DNA from: a virus
Virus record (IMG/VR): IMGVR_UViG_3300020041_000072
Span: 1 to 5,926 of that record
Strand: one strand, 5' to 3'
Length of the DNA stretch: 5,926 nucleotides
In this document: positions 3,350-5,926 of the stretch, piece by piece
How the letters are laid out: each line of letters opens with the position of its first letter
Numbering within the stretch: the first letter of the stretch is position 1
Translations under genes and position numbers: made by a program
Notes under the pieces: generated by a model
The model's database searches: none
Told to the model about the DNA's origin: nothing
Seen by the model: only the letters and a program-made list of their open reading frames with translations

Positions 3350-5158
3350 TTATCGATTTGCGAGACGGGTTGCGAACGATTTATTGACGAGATTCTTCTT
3401 TTGCACTGAATATGAGAGGTTAACGAAGAAATTATCCTGAGCATTCGAGGCAAAAGGAGCATTCACTGTAGAAATGTCTGTGAACAACGTAGGAATTGTC
3501 GAGAATGCATGAGTTATTGTGTTCTTAGGAATCACGACAATAGAACGAGCCTGAATCCAACGTTGAACATCACCCCCGGACGTAGTTAGCGATCCGAATT
3601 GGCCAAGAGCCTCATCGTACGAAGCACGAAATTCGTTAAAACAAGGTTCACGATAGATTGCGATATCGGACGTGGAGGGAGCTGACGACGCAGTCAGATT
3701 GCTGAAACGAGAAAGTGGAACATCCTGATAACCAATGTCATTATACAGAGGATTGAAGTAATCGGCACCCTGATAACGTAGATAATCCGGTTTGATGTTT
3801 TGCCAATAATAAACCGGCCGAATACTCAACATATCGATCACGTACCCGGGCTCTCTAAAATAGTAGGACTGGCTGCGACCAAGGACCGAATTAAAAGCTA
3901 TAGCACCGCCTTGAGTTCCAAGTGCATCCGTCGAAATTCCCTTACCAGCAGTTGCCATAATAATTTGAGCGTTAACGGTTTGCGAAGCCGAGAATAGAAG
4001 TTTCGGACGATCTACATGTTCGATGCGAGAAGCGAAGAACGTTTCCAGCCAATCCGAATATCGAGAACCGCCAGCACCGAGGAGGTCCTTATATTCCTGC
4101 AGCCGACTTGCAATCGCGAGCTGCGGAACAGTAAACGCAGAAGAAATATTCACGGCATCGCCTGAAGTACTAGCCGGAAGCATCCGAGAAAACCGGTCGG
4201 GACTCGCCGGAACCACAGCCATCGGGTGATATTGATTAAACAAGTCGAGCATCGACATGGGACCATCGGGCGAACCCTGCACCGAGGACGGGGTCTGGCC
4301 GTTGGGGTGGGTCGTATCAGCGGATCCGTTGAAAATTGGCGTGGAAGGCACAGACGTCTGAACAGCCGTCTTACTAGGACCTTCTGCTAACGCTGTGTCG
4401 GAGTTGATGATTTGATACAAAACACCCATCCTGTTGTATGTCTTCGATCCAGAAGCAACGGCGCCGGGATAGAACTGAGTTTCAAAGAAATAGTCAAGGA
4501 ACGAAAGATCACCGTAACGTTGGTAGAAGTAGGAGGAAGAACCCTTGTAGACCGTCTCGTAATTAGAAGCATCTCCTTTCGAAACAACTCCCCACGATCC
4601 GGGCCATGCAAACGAGTAAAGCGGGTATTGACTATAGCTATAAAAATTGCGAACAATATCCCAGTAAGCCAAGTAAGTGTCTGCGTTCACCCACGTCGTA
4701 CCGAGAAGATCTACTGAAGCCAGTGCACTACCTGTACCACTCGCGCCCACGAGAGGATTAACTTGAACAGCCCGAAGCCACGCCATCAGCGAGTTGGGAT
4801 ACGCATTGCCTTGATTCAGAGCATTCTTACCGGAATGATTTACATATGTACGCAAAAAATTGAGTGACAGATTATTCATGTCGAACTCAGAGCTATTCGT
4901 ACGCAGCTCCGGATGATAAAGCTGAAGAGGCACCCAAAATCGATGGAGTCGAACAGTGTACGGATTGAACGTCGGAACGGCCAGCGGATTACTGCGAACA
5001 TCGATACCCTGCGACATCCTCACGCGATCACGGGCATTGATAAAATCAACACGGACCGGATAAAGGATTCCGGGCGTACATGTAAATGCCTTGGATTCAG
5101 GCACATCATACCGCGAATACCCATTCACGGTATGGGAAATGAAAGGTTGTTTACCCAT
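3350..5158 (-). CDS. VP1: Major capsid protein (VP1 / F-like jelly-roll capsid protein of Microviridae)
   Basis: It is the largest ORF (602 aa). The N-terminus SRYDVPESKAFTCTPGILYPVRVDFINARDRV....RLHRFWVPLQL parallels the conserved microvirus capsid N-terminal pattern (S-R-F-D..H....T...G.L.P....E.LPGD....FFVP.R). It directly follows Rep with an 8-nt overlap. The stop is TAA at 3352..3350. Confidence 0.95.
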   Translation of the reverse strand: MGKQPFISHTVNGYSRYDVPESKAFTCTPGILYPVRVDFINARDRVRMSQGIDVRSNPLAVPTFNPYTVRLHRFWVPLQLYHPELRTNSSEFDMNNLSLNFLRTYVNHSGKNALNQGNAYPNSLMAWLRAVQVNPLVGASGTGSALASVDLLGTTWVNADTYLAYWDIVRNFYSYSQYPLYSFAWPGSWGVVSKGDASNYETVYKGSSSYFYQRYGDLSFLDYFFETQFYPGAVASGSKTYNRMGVLYQIINSDTALAEGPSKTAVQTSVPSTPIFNGSADTTHPNGQTPSSVQGSPDGPMSMLDLFNQYHPMAVVPASPDRFSRMLPASTSGDAVNISSAFTVPQLAIASRLQEYKDLLGAGGSRYSDWLETFFASRIEHVDRPKLLFSASQTVNAQIIMATAGKGISTDALGTQGGAIAFNSVLGRSQSYYFREPGYVIDMLSIRPVYYWQNIKPDYLRYQGADYFNPLYNDIGYQDVPLSRFSNLTASSAPSTSDIAIYREPCFNEFRASYDEALGQFGSLTTSGGDVQRWIQARSIVVIPKNTITHAFSTIPTLFTDISTVNAPFASNAQDNFFVNLSYSVQKKNLVNKSFATRLANR

Positions 5159-5926
5159 AAACTAGTGATTTGTTGAAGATTACGTCTTCCGAAGGTTCGA
5201 GGCCAAACGCCTGCTTCCAAATCGGAATGACTTGCTTGAAAGACTGTACAACGAAGGGGAGACCCATGTATTTTTTTGATTCAGAGTACTTTGCATAAGT
5301 TAGCATTTGGGAGAACGAACCCTTTGCAAAGGATAAGGATGCCGGATCGACCAAGAACCGCGGAGCAAGAGACCGAAGAAAGTCAGAGACCATATGGTCA
5401 CCGAAATAGCATGCATAGCTGCCTGCAGACCGAATCGCGCGCTGGATTTTTTCAATGTCGGCCAAGTATCTGTCATAGTAACGAGGTATCCGATAAGTAT
5501 AGCCACCATTCTTAACATTAGCGTCGAAAGTCCACGTGCTAGTAGAAAAGCTAGGACGAGGCTGAGAACCGAGAAAATCGCCAACACCGGGACTGACAAA
5601 TTTTCTAGTATAGCGGCGATCGGAGAGTTTGAGGCGAAGTTTGTCAGAAATGTCATAATCATCTGTGTTTAAGTTTTTTACAACGTACTTAACGCAATAT
5701 CGAGCTCGCTTGGGAGTGGCTTGACAAAGCCAAACGAAGCCGAATTTCGAAACGATCCGGCGTAGTGTATTGTAACGCATCTTCGGATCAAAAAGGAAGC
5801 CGTGGAAATGGAGTCGAGGTTCGGTACCGGTCTGAGCATGGGTACCGAATTCTTGAAAGAAGGCATGCTTGATGGATCGGCCGGTGACGTGACGGACTCG
5901 CTCGAACCACATACGCATGAACCATG
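5151..5926 (-). CDS. VP4: Replication initiation protein (VP4/gpA-like), C-terminal part; its 5' end leaves the window, and 5806..5926 duplicates 1..121
   Basis: The track ORF 5151..5918 begins at an internal Met. It contains PRLHFHGFLF (HUH motif 2, codons around 5810..5802) and ARYCVKYVVK (motif 3, two tyrosines spaced Y-x-x-K-Y as in phiX174 gpA, about 5676..5699). The stop TAA at 5153..5151 overlaps the VP1 start (minus-strand sequence ATGGGTAA). Confidence 0.92.
   Translation of the reverse strand, partial: WFMRMWFERVRHVTGRSIKHAFFQEFGTHAQTGTEPRLHFHGFLFDPKMRYNTLRRIVSKFGFVWLCQATPKRARYCVKYVVKNLNTDDYDISDKLRLKLSDRRYTRKFVSPGVGDFLGSQPRPSFSTSTWTFDANVKNGGYTYRIPRYYDRYLADIEKIQRAIRSAGSYACYFGDHMVSDFLRSLAPRFLVDPASLSFAKGSFSQMLTYAKYSESKKYMGLPFVVQSFKQVIPIWKQAFGLEPSEDVIFNKSLVYG
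5806..5926. repeat. Terminal direct repeat, copy 2 (identical to 1..121); most simply the overlap of a circular contig
   Basis: Same comparison as for copy 1. The repeat lies inside the Rep coding sequence and keeps its reading frame (335 + 655 nt = 990 nt = 330 codons). Confidence 0.97.

Larger units (their letters stand above)
1..5805 (-). other. One complete unit of a circular ssDNA Microviridae genome (non-phiX type); coding sense is the minus strand of this window
   Basis: The gene set is diagnostic for Microviridae: a 602-aa major capsid, a Gly/Ser/Ala-rich coiled-coil pilot protein, and an HUH Rep with a Y-x-x-K-Y motif. The size of about 5.8 kb and the single coding strand also fit. 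An exact 121-nt end overlap closes the circle and restores an intact Rep ORF. Confidence 0.88.

Noticed and set aside
2992-3462. 156-aa minus-strand ORF overlapping the VP1 C-terminus and the 107-aa gene
   Set aside because: It is in an alternative frame with R/S/I/L-rich off-frame composition. The 107-aa frame has a start 3 nt after the VP1 stop and a coherent acidic composition, so it is preferred.
4387-4656. 89-aa +1-frame ORF inside VP1 with a hydrophobic N-terminus (MFAIFIAIV), superficially like phiX174 E
   Set aside because: The hydrophobic stretch is only about 9-10 residues, too short for a transmembrane helix. The rest is R/S/T/L-rich off-frame-like sequence, and a length of 89 codons is well within chance expectation.
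5678-5866. 62-aa minus-strand ORF inside rep in another frame
   Set aside because: It is short, has no distinctive features, and is of chance-level length.
5151-5918. Treating Met at 5918 (MRMWFERV...) as the Rep start, or as an A*-like internal initiation product
   Set aside because: The frame stays open upstream across the junction and encodes conserved Rep N-terminal motifs, so 5918 is internal. An A*-like shorter product cannot be inferred from sequence alone.

Overview
This window is one complete, circularly permuted genome of a small ssDNA phage of the family Microviridae. Its architecture is gokushovirus/alpavirus-like, not phiX-like. The first 121 nt recur exactly at the end (1..121 = 5806..5926), so the real unit is a 5805-nt circle, and the linear window cuts through the replication-initiator gene. 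All convincing genes are on the minus strand and are tightly packed. In order they are: Rep/VP4 (335..1 joined to 5805..5151, 329 aa), major capsid VP1 (5158..3350), an acidic 107-aa protein (3346..3023), a 330-nt gap, an 83-aa membrane/lipoprotein-like protein (2692..2441), DNA-pilot VP2 (2438..1179), a 112-aa orphan (1086..748) and a 73-aa orphan (625..404), then back to Rep. I saw no tRNA, rRNA, CRISPR array, integrase or transposase. Items worth follow-up: (1) the 83-aa protein, whose internal start gives a textbook lipoprotein signal peptide and which is a candidate lysis or exclusion factor; (2) the 330-nt gap, which holds hairpins, an imperfect direct repeat, a weak dif-like 11-6-11 motif, an opposite-strand ORF ending at a terminator-like hairpin, and a chain of minus-strand micro-ORFs including a very basic J-like peptide in frame behind a TAG stop; (3) two same-strand overprinted ORFs, one hydrophobic inside Rep and one very basic inside VP2. 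All functional calls come from reading motifs and composition by eye. No database search was possible.
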